Source: Dehalococcoidia bacterium (GTDB taxonomy: Bacteria; Chloroflexota; Dehalococcoidia; Lucifugimonadales; UBA3495). Taken from it: a stretch of 64,000 nt of DNA. The stretch lies in the NCBI GenBank assembly GCA_965261925.1, contig OZ253486.1, positions 2,520,623 through 2,584,622 of the forward strand, in the 5' to 3' direction. Both the position numbers and the translations under genes were made by a program. Under the pieces are notes generated by a model. It was not told the DNA's origin, ran no database searches, and saw nothing but the letters and a program-made list of their open reading frames with translations. Of this stretch, positions 10,375 through 20,550 are shown one piece after another (position 1 is the stretch's first letter; each line of letters begins with the position of its first letter).

Positions 10375-13300
10375 TTACATGGTCAAAGACCGATAGAGCA
10401 TGGGCAGACGTTCGGGCAGGGCCCAGATGTCGTCGAGAACCTCGTAGTTGAGGTCGCCGCACATGGTCTTGAGGTAGTCGTGACCGGCCTTGTCCACCGT
10501 CAGGCAGAAAGGAACGATATCCTTGTGCTTGGCCTCGAGCAGCGCCTGGTGGGTGTCGTGGACGGCGTATTCCTTCTCCACGCCTTCGCGGCTGTAACCG
10601 CGATCCTGCGGGCGACCGTCACTGATCAGGAACATGATCTTGGTCGCCGCGTCCTGATTGTCGAGCTTGGTGATGGCGTGACGGATGGCCGAACCCATGC
10701 GGGTGGCGTGCAGCGGTGTCACCTTGTCGATGCGGCGCTTGATCTTATCGTTGAACTGCTCGTCGATGTCCTTGATGACGTAGAACTCCACGTTCTCGCG
10801 GCCATAGCCGGAGAAGCCATAGATTCCGTAGGTGTCACCGATGGACTCCAGGGCATTGATGAGAAGCGCGCAACTCTCACGTTCGAGGTCGATGATGCGC
10901 TTGTAGTGACGGCGCACCAGGCCCTCGCGTCGCCGACGCAGCCACACCATGTATTCCACCGGATCGTCGGGAGCGTCGCGATCGTCGACCGAATGGCGAC
11001 CCTCATCGATGGCTTCGGCGGTGGAAGCGGACATGTCCAACAGGAAGACTACGGCAACGTCGCGTTGGATGCGATTGCGGCGCCAGTAGATCTTCTCATC
11101 GGGCGGCACGTTCATCCGGAGGTCGGCCCAGGCCTCAAGAGCCGCGTTCAGGTCGAGGTCCTCGCCGTCAACCAGGCGATAGGTCTTGCGCCAGGTTTCC
11201 GGCATGATGAGCTCGAACTGGCGCTTGATGTGTGCCAGTAGCGAGGCGTAATTGCGAAGGGAATCGTTGTAGAAATTCTGGTCGCCTTCGTCGAGGATCT
11301 TCTCCTTGACGATGCACCAGCGCGGTTTGTAGTCGTTGGCGCGGAAGTCCCACTCGTCGTAGACGAAGGTCTTGGGTTCCAATGCCTCCAACTCGCCGCC
11401 GCCATCGTCGTCGTGCAGGATCGGACCGTAGCCGCGTCCCGGGTCGTTGGACGGCGGGGGCACGCCGGCTTCCTTCATGATGTTCTGGGCGAACATTGCC
11501 ATGCTCTGGTCGACGTCGCCTTCCTGAGCGTCCAGCTCAAGCTCGGCGCTGTCCTGGAGCAGTTGCTCGAGTTCCTCCTGGGTCATGGGTTCGGCGTCGC
11601 CCATTTCGCCCTGGTCCATCTGGAGCTTAGTGAGCAACTGGACCATCTCGGGCTTGAAATCGCCGCGGTATTCGACGGGCTCGGGCGATTCGTAGGGGTC
11701 CCCTTCGCCCTGCTCGCCCTCCTGCTCGCTCATCTGCGCCTGTAGCTTATCGAGCAGAGCCTGGTACTCCTCTTCGGAGAATTCACCGGGATCGTCCAGG
11801 TCTTCAGGTTGGAACTCGTCCTCGGGTTCCTGCTCGTTCTGCAGGCGGGAGATTATCTCGTAAGCCCTCAAGGCTGCTTCACCGGTGTCCTCAATGGACG
11901 CCCGGACGGTACGCAGACGATGCATGATGCGGGCGAGCATGTACGCTTCTTCCCGATACTCCTGCGGTACGGGCAAACCTTCAAAGCGGTCCAAGCTCAT
12001 GTGGACCAGCAGCTCGATCAGGGCTTCCTGCAACGGCAGTTCCTCGATGCGAGGCCGCTGGACGAGGGCGTCGCCCTGCACGTCCAGGGCCGCCCGGCGG
12101 ATGCCGGGATACTCGGTCTTGATGCGATAGTCCAAACGGCAGTCTTCGAGCACGCTGAACAAGTCGAAAGCCATCCGGCGGTCTTCAAAAAGGGCTAGGA
12201 AACGGCCGATGTCGGTGTAGACACGCATGGTGCCACCGGGCCCGTCCCCGATTTCGACGGTCGGAGCGGCGTCCGGATCCAGCAATTGGAAGTGCTCGGC
12301 GGTCGCGGTGCGGAGGGCTTCCATGCGAGCCTGGATCGCCTCTTCCATCCGGAGGCGGCGGTCATCAAAAACGTTGGCCGGCCGGTCGAATGCGAACCGG
12401 AAGCTGCCGAATTCCAGGTGGGAGACCTGGTGAGTGGCAACGACCTTGAACCAGGCGAAGTTCTGCGTCTTGTCGTTGTAGTTGTCGATCACCGGCGGCA
12501 GGTAGACCTTGGTTCCATCGGTGGAAGCGATATCCTGATCGACCCAGCCGATCTGTTTACGGACCAGTTCCGCGGTGCTGAGCACCTCGATGTTTTCGCC
12601 GGATAGCGCGCGGGTGTAGAGGCGCATGATGCCCTTGACCCGCTCCAAGTCCAGGCTGGAGGACAGGGTTTCCAGCATGGATTCCGAGGTATTGGACTCG
12701 ATCTTGAAGAAGGCGATGCCGCTTTCGGGGTTTTCGTTGAGGAGTTGGACGCCGTGCTGGTACCACTGGTCAAGTTGCTGCAGGGTAATCCGGTTGAGCA
12801 CGGGGTCCAGGCTCTTGAGGAAAGGCGGGACAGCGTCGGGGGTGCTGGCCAGCAAACCCTCGCACAGGTCCAGGATGTGGCCTTGCGATCCCGCGGAAAC
12901 GTGGGACAAAGCCTGAGCGCCATCGTAGAGGAACCGGGAAGTGTCGCGGAGGCCCATCTTGGCGAGTTTTTCGCCGAGGCGCAGGAACCGTCCAGTCTGG
13001 CCCTCTTCCACGTGTTGCAAGGCACGGGGGGCCATCTCCAGGCAGGCCTTGACCTCGCGCCAACTGCTGTCGGTCAGGGCCCGGGACATGGAAAGGAACG
13101 CCTCGCGTTCGCGTCCCATGGCTGGCAGGACATCCCGACCGAGAACCAAACACTCGGCCGCCACGTCGTAGGACTTGTAGGACAGCGCCTCTATGAGGGA
13201 CGCGAACACTTCTACGTCCCAGAAGGGCAGGTTGCGTACCAGGTCAGGGCTGACCTCGAAGAACCGGGCTGCCAGCGTGCTGGATTTCCAGGTGCCCTTG

Positions 13301-13683
13301 TATAGGGAGCGGCCCAGACCGGCCCAGCGCGGAATGTACTGGGGACGAAGATTGGTAACGATTGACGGGCTGGATTTGAAGAAGGCGACGGCCAAGGTGG
13401 GCGAGTCCTGGGACAGGTAAGTCCCGCAGCGAGCCCACTGCATGAACGAGGCGAAGGCGAGGGATCGGGCCACCTCGGGGCTCACGCGGTAGTATTCCAC
13501 CGCGGATTCCCAAGAGCGGACCGTCTGGGTGCCGATGGAGACTCCCTCGCGGGCCCACAAAGCCGCTTCTTCGTCGCTGAAGGATTCGGCCATGGTGTCG
13601 GCGACGGCCTGATAGGCTTCGGTAACTGCCGGGGGTAGTTTGGCCAGTTCGTCCAGCAGGTTGCCTGTAGCGGGATTAGTCAA
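10375..13683 (-). CDS. Giant VWA-domain protein, CbbO/NorD-like partner of a MoxR-class AAA+
   Basis: 1102 aa. C-terminal VWA domain with MIDAS DxSxS (VVFLLDMSASTAE) and MFLISDGRPQD. N-terminal helical repeats. E/D/Q-rich linker of about 110 aa. The TTG start overlaps the Nudix stop by 8 nt. Confidence 0.7.
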   Translation of the reverse strand: MTNPATGNLLDELAKLPPAVTEAYQAVADTMAESFSDEEAALWAREGVSIGTQTVRSWESAVEYYRVSPEVARSLAFASFMQWARCGTYLSQDSPTLAVAFFKSSPSIVTNLRPQYIPRWAGLGRSLYKGTWKSSTLAARFFEVSPDLVRNLPFWDVEVFASLIEALSYKSYDVAAECLVLGRDVLPAMGREREAFLSMSRALTDSSWREVKACLEMAPRALQHVEEGQTGRFLRLGEKLAKMGLRDTSRFLYDGAQALSHVSAGSQGHILDLCEGLLASTPDAVPPFLKSLDPVLNRITLQQLDQWYQHGVQLLNENPESGIAFFKIESNTSESMLETLSSSLDLERVKGIMRLYTRALSGENIEVLSTAELVRKQIGWVDQDIASTDGTKVYLPPVIDNYNDKTQNFAWFKVVATHQVSHLEFGSFRFAFDRPANVFDDRRLRMEEAIQARMEALRTATAEHFQLLDPDAAPTVEIGDGPGGTMRVYTDIGRFLALFEDRRMAFDLFSVLEDCRLDYRIKTEYPGIRRAALDVQGDALVQRPRIEELPLQEALIELLVHMSLDRFEGLPVPQEYREEAYMLARIMHRLRTVRASIEDTGEAALRAYEIISRLQNEQEPEDEFQPEDLDDPGEFSEEEYQALLDKLQAQMSEQEGEQGEGDPYESPEPVEYRGDFKPEMVQLLTKLQMDQGEMGDAEPMTQEELEQLLQDSAELELDAQEGDVDQSMAMFAQNIMKEAGVPPPSNDPGRGYGPILHDDDGGGELEALEPKTFVYDEWDFRANDYKPRWCIVKEKILDEGDQNFYNDSLRNYASLLAHIKRQFELIMPETWRKTYRLVDGEDLDLNAALEAWADLRMNVPPDEKIYWRRNRIQRDVAVVFLLDMSASTAEAIDEGRHSVDDRDAPDDPVEYMVWLRRRREGLVRRHYKRIIDLERESCALLINALESIGDTYGIYGFSGYGRENVEFYVIKDIDEQFNDKIKRRIDKVTPLHATRMGSAIRHAITKLDNQDAATKIMFLISDGRPQDRGYSREGVEKEYAVHDTHQALLEAKHKDIVPFCLTVDKAGHDYLKTMCGDLNYEVLDDIWALPERLPMLYRSLTM

Positions 13684-14290
13684 GGCTCGTGTCCTCCTTT
13701 GTCAGCTCGGCATCGATTGTCAGCTCGGCATCGATGGTGTCGAGGAACTGGTCGAGGATTGTGGCGGTGGCTCCGTAGACGAGATGCTGCTGGTAGCCGT
13801 AGGAGCGCACCGAAATCCTCGCGCCATTATCGATTCGGGAGTCCCAGCGCAGCGTGGCAGGATCGCGCAGAACATTGACGGGAATTTCGACAACCTCTGC
13901 GATTTCGTGCGAGCTGGGGTTGAATTGGTATGGGTAGGGGATGGTCCCAACGAAGACTTTCACGATGAAGTTGGAACGAGTGACGTTGTCGTCAAGGCGT
14001 CCCAAAATCGTTATGTCATCGCGGGCGATGCCCATCTCCTCTTCGGTTTCGCGCCGGGCGGTGTCCTCAAAATCCGCGTCCTCAGGATCGCGGGCGCCGC
14101 CGGGGAACGACATTTCTCCCTTGTGGTGCTCCACCGTCATGGAGCGTTTGTTCAGCAGAACGCAGAACTCTCCGTCCTTCGGGTACAGCAACAGCATTAC
14201 TGCCGCCGGCATCAGGCCTTCAGCGGCGGCAGTAATCCGCTGGCGGTTGGCCAGCGCATTGCGGACTAGATCGAGGGTGATTGCACCCAT
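13676..14290 (-). CDS. Nudix hydrolase, CoA-pyrophosphatase-like
   Basis: Nudix box core ...RRETEEEMGI preceded by LLNKRSMTVEHHKGEMSFPGG, a pattern I associate with NudL/NUDT7-type CoA pyrophosphatases. Start taken at ATG 14290 (MGAITLD...). Confidence 0.7.
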   Translation of the reverse strand: MGAITLDLVRNALANRQRITAAAEGLMPAAVMLLLYPKDGEFCVLLNKRSMTVEHHKGEMSFPGGARDPEDADFEDTARRETEEEMGIARDDITILGRLDDNVTRSNFIVKVFVGTIPYPYQFNPSSHEIAEVVEIPVNVLRDPATLRWDSRIDNGARISVRSYGYQQHLVYGATATILDQFLDTIDAELTIDAELTKEDTSLD

Positions 14291-14304
14291 GGAAGTTCCA
14301 TCAG

Positions 14305-15216
14305 TTACTCGAAGATGGAGTGCACAACCTCTTCGATGCTGCGCTGGAGTTCGGCCTCGTCTGACAGGGTCCACACGATAGCGACCTGGCAGGCGCGGCG
14401 GGCGGCGATGCCCTGCCGCATCAGCCGTCCGGCGTAGATCAGGAGGCGAGTGCTGGCGCCTTCGGCTAGGCCGTGCTCACGGAGGTTGCGAATCTTGTCT
14501 CCGAGGCGAGCCAGGGCGTAAGCTTCTTCGTCGGAACAGCCGCTTTCCTTGGCCACGATTTCGGTTTCCACGTCAACCGGCGGGTAGTCGAATTCAATGG
14601 AGATGAACCGCTGCCTAGTGCTGTGCTTCAGGTCTTTCAGGGCGCTCTGGTAATGGGGGTTGTAGGAGATGCAGAGCAGGAAGCGATCATCGGCCTCGAT
14701 GATGTTGCCGGTCTTTTCGACGGGCAGGATGCGCCGGTGGTCGGTGAGGGGGTGGATCAGAACGGTGGTGTCCTTACGGGCCTCCACCACTTCGTCCAAA
14801 TACAGGATGGCGCCGGCCTTGACCGCTCGGGTCATGGGCCCGTCGATCCAGCGGGTGCCGTTGGCATCCAGCAGATAGCGACCCACTAGATCGCTGGCGG
14901 TGAGGTCTTCATGACAGGCAATGGTTACCAGAGGAACGCGAACCTCACCTTCCCGGATTACCTGCCCCGCCTCGTTCCGACCCGTGGTGATGGGTCGGCC
15001 GAGTTTCCACGCCATGTATTCCACGAAGCGGGTCTTGCCGCACCCGGTGGGACCCTTGAGCAGGACTGGGATGTGCTGCTCATACGCAGCCTCGAACAAT
15101 TCCAATTCGTCGCCGACGGCGCGATAGTACGGTTCGCTGCGGACCAGGAACTCTTCGATGGCGAACTCTTTGAAACTGGGTTTGTCTTCCAGCATTTCGA
15201 TGTTTGCTTCAACCAT
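14305..15216 (-). CDS. CbbQ/NirQ/NorQ/GpvN-family MoxR-class AAA+ ATPase
   Basis: Walker [12 protein letters not shown] and Walker B AILYLDEV. About 300 aa, the size and layout typical of the CbbQ/NorQ family. Confidence 0.85.
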   Translation of the reverse strand: MVEANIEMLEDKPSFKEFAIEEFLVRSEPYYRAVGDELELFEAAYEQHIPVLLKGPTGCGKTRFVEYMAWKLGRPITTGRNEAGQVIREGEVRVPLVTIACHEDLTASDLVGRYLLDANGTRWIDGPMTRAVKAGAILYLDEVVEARKDTTVLIHPLTDHRRILPVEKTGNIIEADDRFLLCISYNPHYQSALKDLKHSTRQRFISIEFDYPPVDVETEIVAKESGCSDEEAYALARLGDKIRNLREHGLAEGASTRLLIYAGRLMRQGIAARRACQVAIVWTLSDEAELQRSIEEVVHSIFE

Positions 15217-15826
15217 TGCCTTGATTTACCTTTCCTTTGACTCGAGCCTGCCACAGAGCCGCCACTGCGCGTTCCAATGTGGCCAAATCAGCAGAGTTTT
15301 CGACCACCACGTCGGAACGCCGGTTGCGTTCTGCCGCCGGCATCTGCGAGTTAATTCGTTTTCTGGCTTCCTCTTCGGCCATCCCGTTGCGCTCGCGGAG
15401 GCGTTCGACCACGGTGTCGGCTGGGGTGAAGGTGGACCAGACTTCGTCGACCAGTTTATCCCAACCCGCCTCGAAGAGGACCGCCGCCTCGACCACCGCG
15501 ACGTCAATGCCTTGGGCGACGAGGCCACCCTTACGGTCTTCGACCATGCGAGCCATCAATGGATGCATGATGCCGTTGAGCCGCTCGAGTTCGGCCGGGT
15601 CAGCGAATACTATGGAACCGAGTTTGCGCCGATCGATTTCGCCTTCCGTGGTCAAGATGTCCTCTCCAAAGGCTGCAACGACCTGACGCCAAGCCTCGGA
15701 GTTCGGTGCGTAAGCCTCGTGACCCAGCCTGTCGGCGTCAATTATCGACGCGCCTTGCTCGCGCAATAGCTCGGCAACTACGCTTTTGCCACTTCCAATA
15801 CCGCCGGTTAAACCGATTGTAAGCAT
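15209..15826 (-). CDS. coaE: Dephospho-CoA kinase
   Basis: [16 protein letters not shown]-loop at the N-terminus, then [12 protein letters not shown]. The stop overlaps the AAA+ start by 8 nt. Start taken at internal ATG 15826. Confidence 0.85.
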   Translation of the reverse strand: MLTIGLTGGIGSGKSVVAELLREQGASIIDADRLGHEAYAPNSEAWRQVVAAFGEDILTTEGEIDRRKLGSIVFADPAELERLNGIMHPLMARMVEDRKGGLVAQGIDVAVVEAAVLFEAGWDKLVDEVWSTFTPADTVVERLRERNGMAEEEARKRINSQMPAAERNRRSDVVVENSADLATLERAVAALWQARVKGKVNQGNG

Positions 15827-16060
15827 GACCGCCCGAAATAATAGACTGCCGGGCATTCTAACAAGGCAGCAAACATCGGTCAACCGAAACTCACCGCAGC
15901 GAGCACGGCGGCTCCAGGGGACGGCAGATTTCGGCACGGGCGATTCGGGCTGGAATTGGTTGCGCCATCGCGCGCTTGCCAACCTTGGGCGGGGGAGAAC
16001 GCCCCGGGATCCGCGAGCGAAACAGGTTTAGATTAACCGGACCCGAAGGAAAGTCGATTT

Positions 16061-16069
16061 TGGTAGAAT
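16061..16069 (+). promoter_or_regulatory. Candidate extended -10 promoter element for the cupin-P450 genes
   Basis: TGgTAGAAT, 40 nt upstream of the cupin start. No convincing -35. Confidence 0.3.
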
Positions 16070-16108
16070 TGGTCCCAACAGGGCACAGGTTCACGACACA
16101 CAAGGGGG

Positions 16109-16453
16109 ATGACCATGCCGATCGCAAGGCTTTACACGGGCGACGACGGGCAGTCACACATCGAACAAATCGAACTGGAATCTCACCCGGAGTACGAGGC
16201 GATGCAGGCCGCCAAGGGCATATCGTTCCGCCGGGTGGACCCGGGCCGTTTCAGCGACTGGCACTGCGCGCCGCGACGCCAGTTTGTCATCACGCTGGAA
16301 GGCGAGGTTGAGATCGGCCTGGGAGACGGGTCGGTGCACCGGTTCGGCGCGGGGCAGGCCATGCTGGCCGAGGACCTCACCGGCCAGGGTCACACTACCC
16401 GCGCGGTGGGCGACCAGCCCCGACTGACGGCCACCGTACCGCTGGACGATTAG
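16109..16453 (+). CDS. Cupin-domain protein
   Basis: 114 aa. Beta-rich, with ...WHCAPRRQFVITLEGEVEIGLGDGSVHRFGAGQ..., a typical small cupin barrel pattern. Confidence 0.55.
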   Translation: MTMPIARLYTGDDGQSHIEQIELESHPEYEAMQAAKGISFRRVDPGRFSDWHCAPRRQFVITLEGEVEIGLGDGSVHRFGAGQAMLAEDLTGQGHTTRAVGDQPRLTATVPLDD

Positions 16454-16504
16454 TCGTTTCCCGCGCTGCAGGTTGCCGGGCACGGTGATCGCCGGGCGGC
16501 AACC

Positions 16505-17905
16505 ATGACGACATCCACGGTCACATATCCGCCGCGGCCGGTCGTTGACCGCAAGGAGCTCCCTCCGGGGCCGTCGGAACTGCCCGTCATCGGGCAGACG
16601 CTCCGATACATCCGGGACCCGATTCGGTTCATGCAGGAGGCGGCCGGCTACGGGGACCTGGTCACGTTGTCGGTCAAGCCGGCCCTCCTGCTGATGGTCA
16701 ACCACCCTGATCTCATCAGGGACGTGGTGGTCACGAACCACCGGCTGGTGGGGCGCGGGCCGAACGCCGACGTGCTCAAGTACGCGATGGGCGACGGTCT
16801 CGTGACTGCCGGGCCCGCCGACCACCTGCAACAGCGAAGGTTGATGCAGCCGCAGTTCCACCGGGGTCGCATCGAGGGTTATGGGGAGTTGATGCGGGAA
16901 TATGCTGCTCAACACCGGACTGCGTGGACCGACGGGCAGCGGGTGGACATGGCGCAGGAGATGGGGGCGCTCACCCTGCGGATAGTGGTCAAGACGCTCT
17001 TTGGACTGGAGCTGCCCGACGACGCGCGGCGGATCGGCGAGGCGTTCGAACTGATCAACAATTACCTGGTGGCGCGAGTGAACCAACCGCCGAAAATGCG
17101 CCGGCTCCTGCACCGACTGCCGGTGCCGTACACGGTGCGGTTCCGGCGGGCAAGGGCGGAACTGGACCGCATCATCTTGGGGCTGATCACCGAGCGGCGG
17201 GAAAGATCCACCGGCGAAGACGATTTGCTTTCACTGCTGCTAGACGCTCGTCTCGAGGACGACGCCGGTGTCGGGCAGTCGCTCACCGACCAGCAGGTGC
17301 GCGACCAGACCATCACGATGTTTGCTGCGGGGCATGAGACCACCGCGGTCTGCCTCACCTGGACGTGGTTTCTGCTGGCGACGAATCCGGAGACGCAACG
17401 GCGGTTTCACGCCGAACTGGATGAAGTTCTGGGCGACCGGGCACCCCAGTTGTCGGATCTGGCGAATTTGACCTATACCGACAAGGTACTGGCGGAGGGA
17501 CTCCGCCTGTACCCGCCGATCTGGTTCTGGTCGCGGATGGCTTTCCAGCCTTTCGACCTCGGCGGGTATCGCATACCGCCGGGCGCGTTGTTGGCGGCGC
17601 CGCAACTGGTGATCCAACGGGACGCGCGGTGGTTCGATGAGCCCCTGGCTTTCCGGCCGGAACGGTGGACCGAGGAATTCCGGAACGAGCTGCCGCGTTA
17701 CGCGTACTACCCTTTCGGCGGGGGACCGCGCCAGTGCATCGGCGAAGGCTTCGCGATGATGGAAGCCAAGATGATCCTGGCGACCCTGGGGCAGCAGTGG
17801 AAGGTTCGCCAGGACCCGCGGCACAAGGCCGAAATGCTGCCGTTGATTTCGCTGCGGCCGAAGGGCGGAATGCCCATGTACCTGGAACGACGAACCGACA
17901 AATAG
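16505..17905 (+). CDS. Cytochrome P450
   Basis: Heme-thiolate loop FGGGPRQCIGEGFA and I-helix FAAGHETT. Confidence 0.9.
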   Translation: MTTSTVTYPPRPVVDRKELPPGPSELPVIGQTLRYIRDPIRFMQEAAGYGDLVTLSVKPALLLMVNHPDLIRDVVVTNHRLVGRGPNADVLKYAMGDGLVTAGPADHLQQRRLMQPQFHRGRIEGYGELMREYAAQHRTAWTDGQRVDMAQEMGALTLRIVVKTLFGLELPDDARRIGEAFELINNYLVARVNQPPKMRRLLHRLPVPYTVRFRRARAELDRIILGLITERRERSTGEDDLLSLLLDARLEDDAGVGQSLTDQQVRDQTITMFAAGHETTAVCLTWTWFLLATNPETQRRFHAELDEVLGDRAPQLSDLANLTYTDKVLAEGLRLYPPIWFWSRMAFQPFDLGGYRIPPGALLAAPQLVIQRDARWFDEPLAFRPERWTEEFRNELPRYAYYPFGGGPRQCIGEGFAMMEAKMILATLGQQWKVRQDPRHKAEMLPLISLRPKGGMPMYLERRTDK

Positions 17906-17934
17906 GGGCGACCAACCGGTCGCCCAGAAATTTT
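17906..17934 (+). terminator. Rho-independent terminator after the P450 gene
   Basis: GGGCGACC-AACC-GGTCGCCC, followed by AGAAATTTT. Confidence 0.55.
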
Positions 17935-17950
17935 CGAGTCGGAGGCCATT

Positions 17951-18024
17951 TGGCTGCCCCGCCTGGGTTCGAACCAGGGCTTACAGCTCCAAAGGCTGAC
18001 GTGCTACCGCTACACCACGGGGCA
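17951..18024 (-). tRNA. tRNA-Gln (anticodon UUG)
   Basis: The reverse complement folds as a 74-nt cloverleaf. Acceptor TGCCCCG/CGGGGCA, D-arm GTGT-AGCGGTA-GCAC, anticodon loop CTTTGGA, T-arm CCTGG-TTCGAAC-CCAGG, encoded GCCA 3' end. Confidence 0.85.
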
Positions 18025-18033
18025 TCTGTTCCG

Positions 18034-18042
18034 ATTATAGCA
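18034..18042 (-). promoter_or_regulatory. Extended -10 promoter of tRNA-Gln
   Basis: The minus strand reads aTGcTATAAT, ending 9 nt upstream of the mature tRNA 5' end. Confidence 0.45.
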
Positions 18043-18118
18043 TGGTGACCCAATCGTCCCGTCCGGGTGCGATATACTGCCGGACTAACGAACCCAAAAT
18101 CGGAACAGGTGACGCGTT

Positions 18119-19072
18119 ATGGAAACTGTAGGATTCATTGGTCTGGGCAACATGGGCGGCGGGATGTCCGCCAACATTCAACGGGCCGGCTACCCGATGA
18201 TTGTTTACGATCTGCGCGAGGAGGTCGCACTGCCCTTGCTGGAGGGCGGCGCCCGCCTGGCCAACACGCCGGCCGAGGTCGCCGCGGCCAGCGACGTGAC
18301 CTTCACGTCATTGCCCGGTCCCTACGAGGTGGATGCGGTGGCGACGGGAGCCGGGGGAGTGCTGGAGGGTATCCAGCCGGGCAGCGTGTACATCGACCTG
18401 TCCTCGAGCCGTCCCACGCTGATCCGGGAGATCGAGCCGAAGTTTCGCGCCAAGGGCTGCCACGTCCTGGACGCGCCGGTGAGCGGAGGCAAGACGGGAG
18501 CGGCGTCGGGGAACCTGGCGGTGATGGTGGGCGGAGATCGCGAGGTGTTCGACCGGGTGAAGCCGATCCTGGACGCCTTTGGCGACAAGGTGTTCTACGC
18601 CGGTGAGATCGGGGCCGGGAGCGTGGCGAAGCTGGTGCACAACATGATCGGGCACAGCGTGCGGCAGGCCATCGCGGAGGGATTGACCCTGGGCGTCAAG
18701 GCCGGCGTGGATCCCGAACCGCTTTGGGAATGCGTGCGGCGTGGAGCGTTGGGCCGCATGTCGTTCCTGCACGAGGGCTTGGTACGGACGATGTTTCGCG
18801 GGGAGTTTGAGCCGGCGAGTTTCGCGTTGAATCTGGCGCACAAGGACATCTCGTTGGCAACGGAACTGGCGCGGGAGTACGACGTGCCCATGCCCATGTC
18901 CACCTTGGCGCAGCAGATCTCGCTGCAGGCCATGAACCGCGGCTGGGGTCAGGCCGACAGCAGCAGCACCGTGCGCCTGCAAGAAGAACAGGCGGGAGTA
19001 GAAGTGCGGGCCCCGGACGTGGATCCGGAAAGGGCGGCGCGGTTTATCACGACGCATCCTGACGCGGAGTAA
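18119..19072 (+). CDS. NAD(P)-dependent oxidoreductase, 3-hydroxyisobutyrate dehydrogenase family
   Basis: N-terminal Rossmann motif VGFIGLGNMGGGM, DAPVSGG, and a C-terminal 6PGDH-like helical domain. Confidence 0.85.
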   Translation: METVGFIGLGNMGGGMSANIQRAGYPMIVYDLREEVALPLLEGGARLANTPAEVAAASDVTFTSLPGPYEVDAVATGAGGVLEGIQPGSVYIDLSSSRPTLIREIEPKFRAKGCHVLDAPVSGGKTGAASGNLAVMVGGDREVFDRVKPILDAFGDKVFYAGEIGAGSVAKLVHNMIGHSVRQAIAEGLTLGVKAGVDPEPLWECVRRGALGRMSFLHEGLVRTMFRGEFEPASFALNLAHKDISLATELAREYDVPMPMSTLAQQISLQAMNRGWGQADSSSTVRLQEEQAGVEVRAPDVDPERAARFITTHPDAE

Positions 19073-19095
19073 CTGAACCAAGGGACCGTAGAATC

Positions 19096-20544
19096 GTGCG
19101 CACAGCGTTATTGGTAGCCTGTGCTGCCTTAGCTGTGATGTCGCTGTCGTGTTTCGGCGGCGGCGGTCAGCCGGAAACAGGGCCGGACTCGTCGGCCACG
19201 CCGGACCTGCAGGCCACGATTAATGCGGCACTCGCCAAGATCGACCCAAGGGGAGCCGTCGCCACGGCTCCCCCGCGTAGCGGGCCACGTTCGCCGGCTG
19301 CTACGGTTGCTGCGGAATCCGGCCCGAACACACCGCCGGAACCTACGTATACGCCGGTTCGCACTGTTGCGTCCGCGCCAACGGCGACGGCAGCGCACAG
19401 CGCAACGCGGCGTCCTGCTTTAGCTCAAACGGCGTCTCCAACATTGCCGCCAACTTTCACACCAGCGCCGACGGCAACGCTGGCACCCACGCCCACTGCG
19501 ACACTGGTACCGCCGCCGCCGCCGGAACTGCGGCATATAGATGAAAAGCAGTACATGCTGGGCCTGATCAACGCCGAACGCCAGCGGGCCGGGTTGAATT
19601 CGATCTCTTTGGGGGACAACATCGCCGCCCAACTGCACGCCGATTCCGCTCTGGATAACTGCTTTTCATCCCACTGGGGCATCGATGGTCTCAAGCCCTA
19701 TATGCGTTACAGCCTGGCCGGGGGCTACCAGTCCAACGGGGAAAACGGTCATGGATTGGACTATTGCATCAGCGCGGCTGACGGCTATCGTGCCAACGAC
19801 AGCATCAGACAAGAGATCGAAAGCGCCATGGACGGCTGGATGAGCAGCCCCGGACACCGCCGCAACATCCTGGACCCACAGCACCAACAGGTGAATGTCG
19901 GGATGGCCTGGGACCGATACAACACGGTGATGTACCAGCATTTTGAGGGGAATTATGTTGAGTTCGATCGCCTGCCGGCCATATCAAACGGGGTCCTGTC
20001 GTTTTCCGGAACCACGAAGAACGGGGTGCGGTTCAGCCAAGAGCGATATCTGGGCGCACAGATATATTATGATCCGCCGCCGCATACACTCACCCGGGGG
20101 CAGGTAGCCCGGACTTACTGCTACGCCAACGGGCGGATGGTAGCCGGATTGCGTCCACCACTTTCAGGTAACAGCAATTACACCGCGAACGAATTCACCA
20201 TCACACATAACCCTTGCCCGGACCCCTACGATGTCGCGGCGGGCGCACCGAGTCCCCGCTCGCACGATGAGGCGCACCAAGCGTGGCAAGAGGCGTATGA
20301 TGCCAGCGCTTCACTTCAGCCTCAAACTATCACCGTACCGTGGGTTACCGCCTTGGAGTGGACGGCCCGCGGAACGGAGTTTGCGGTGCAGGCCGACATT
20401 GGCGGAGTAGTTGACCGGAACGGAGATGGCGTCTACTCGATCATGGTGTGGGGCGAAATCGGAGGACGGAGGTCGGTCATATCAGCATATTCCATGTTTC
20501 ACGGGGTCGAGCCACCCGATACCTACGATCCCGACCGCCAATAG
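19096..20544 (+). CDS. CAP/SCP-domain secreted lipoprotein
   Basis: Hydrophobic N-terminus with lipobox-like MSLSC. Pro/Thr/Ala-rich linker. CAP core LINAERQRAGL...WMSSPGHRRNIL. Confidence 0.65.
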   Translation: MRTALLVACAALAVMSLSCFGGGGQPETGPDSSATPDLQATINAALAKIDPRGAVATAPPRSGPRSPAATVAAESGPNTPPEPTYTPVRTVASAPTATAAHSATRRPALAQTASPTLPPTFTPAPTATLAPTPTATLVPPPPPELRHIDEKQYMLGLINAERQRAGLNSISLGDNIAAQLHADSALDNCFSSHWGIDGLKPYMRYSLAGGYQSNGENGHGLDYCISAADGYRANDSIRQEIESAMDGWMSSPGHRRNILDPQHQQVNVGMAWDRYNTVMYQHFEGNYVEFDRLPAISNGVLSFSGTTKNGVRFSQERYLGAQIYYDPPPHTLTRGQVARTYCYANGRMVAGLRPPLSGNSNYTANEFTITHNPCPDPYDVAAGAPSPRSHDEAHQAWQEAYDASASLQPQTITVPWVTALEWTARGTEFAVQADIGGVVDRNGDGVYSIMVWGEIGGRRSVISAYSMFHGVEPPDTYDPDRQ

Positions 20545-20550
20545 CCAGAA

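Noticed and set aside
14305-15216. CbbQ-type ATPase as evidence of a RuBisCO/carboxysome locus
   Set aside because: No RuBisCO, carboxysome shell or Calvin-cycle genes are in the window. The family name reflects homology only.
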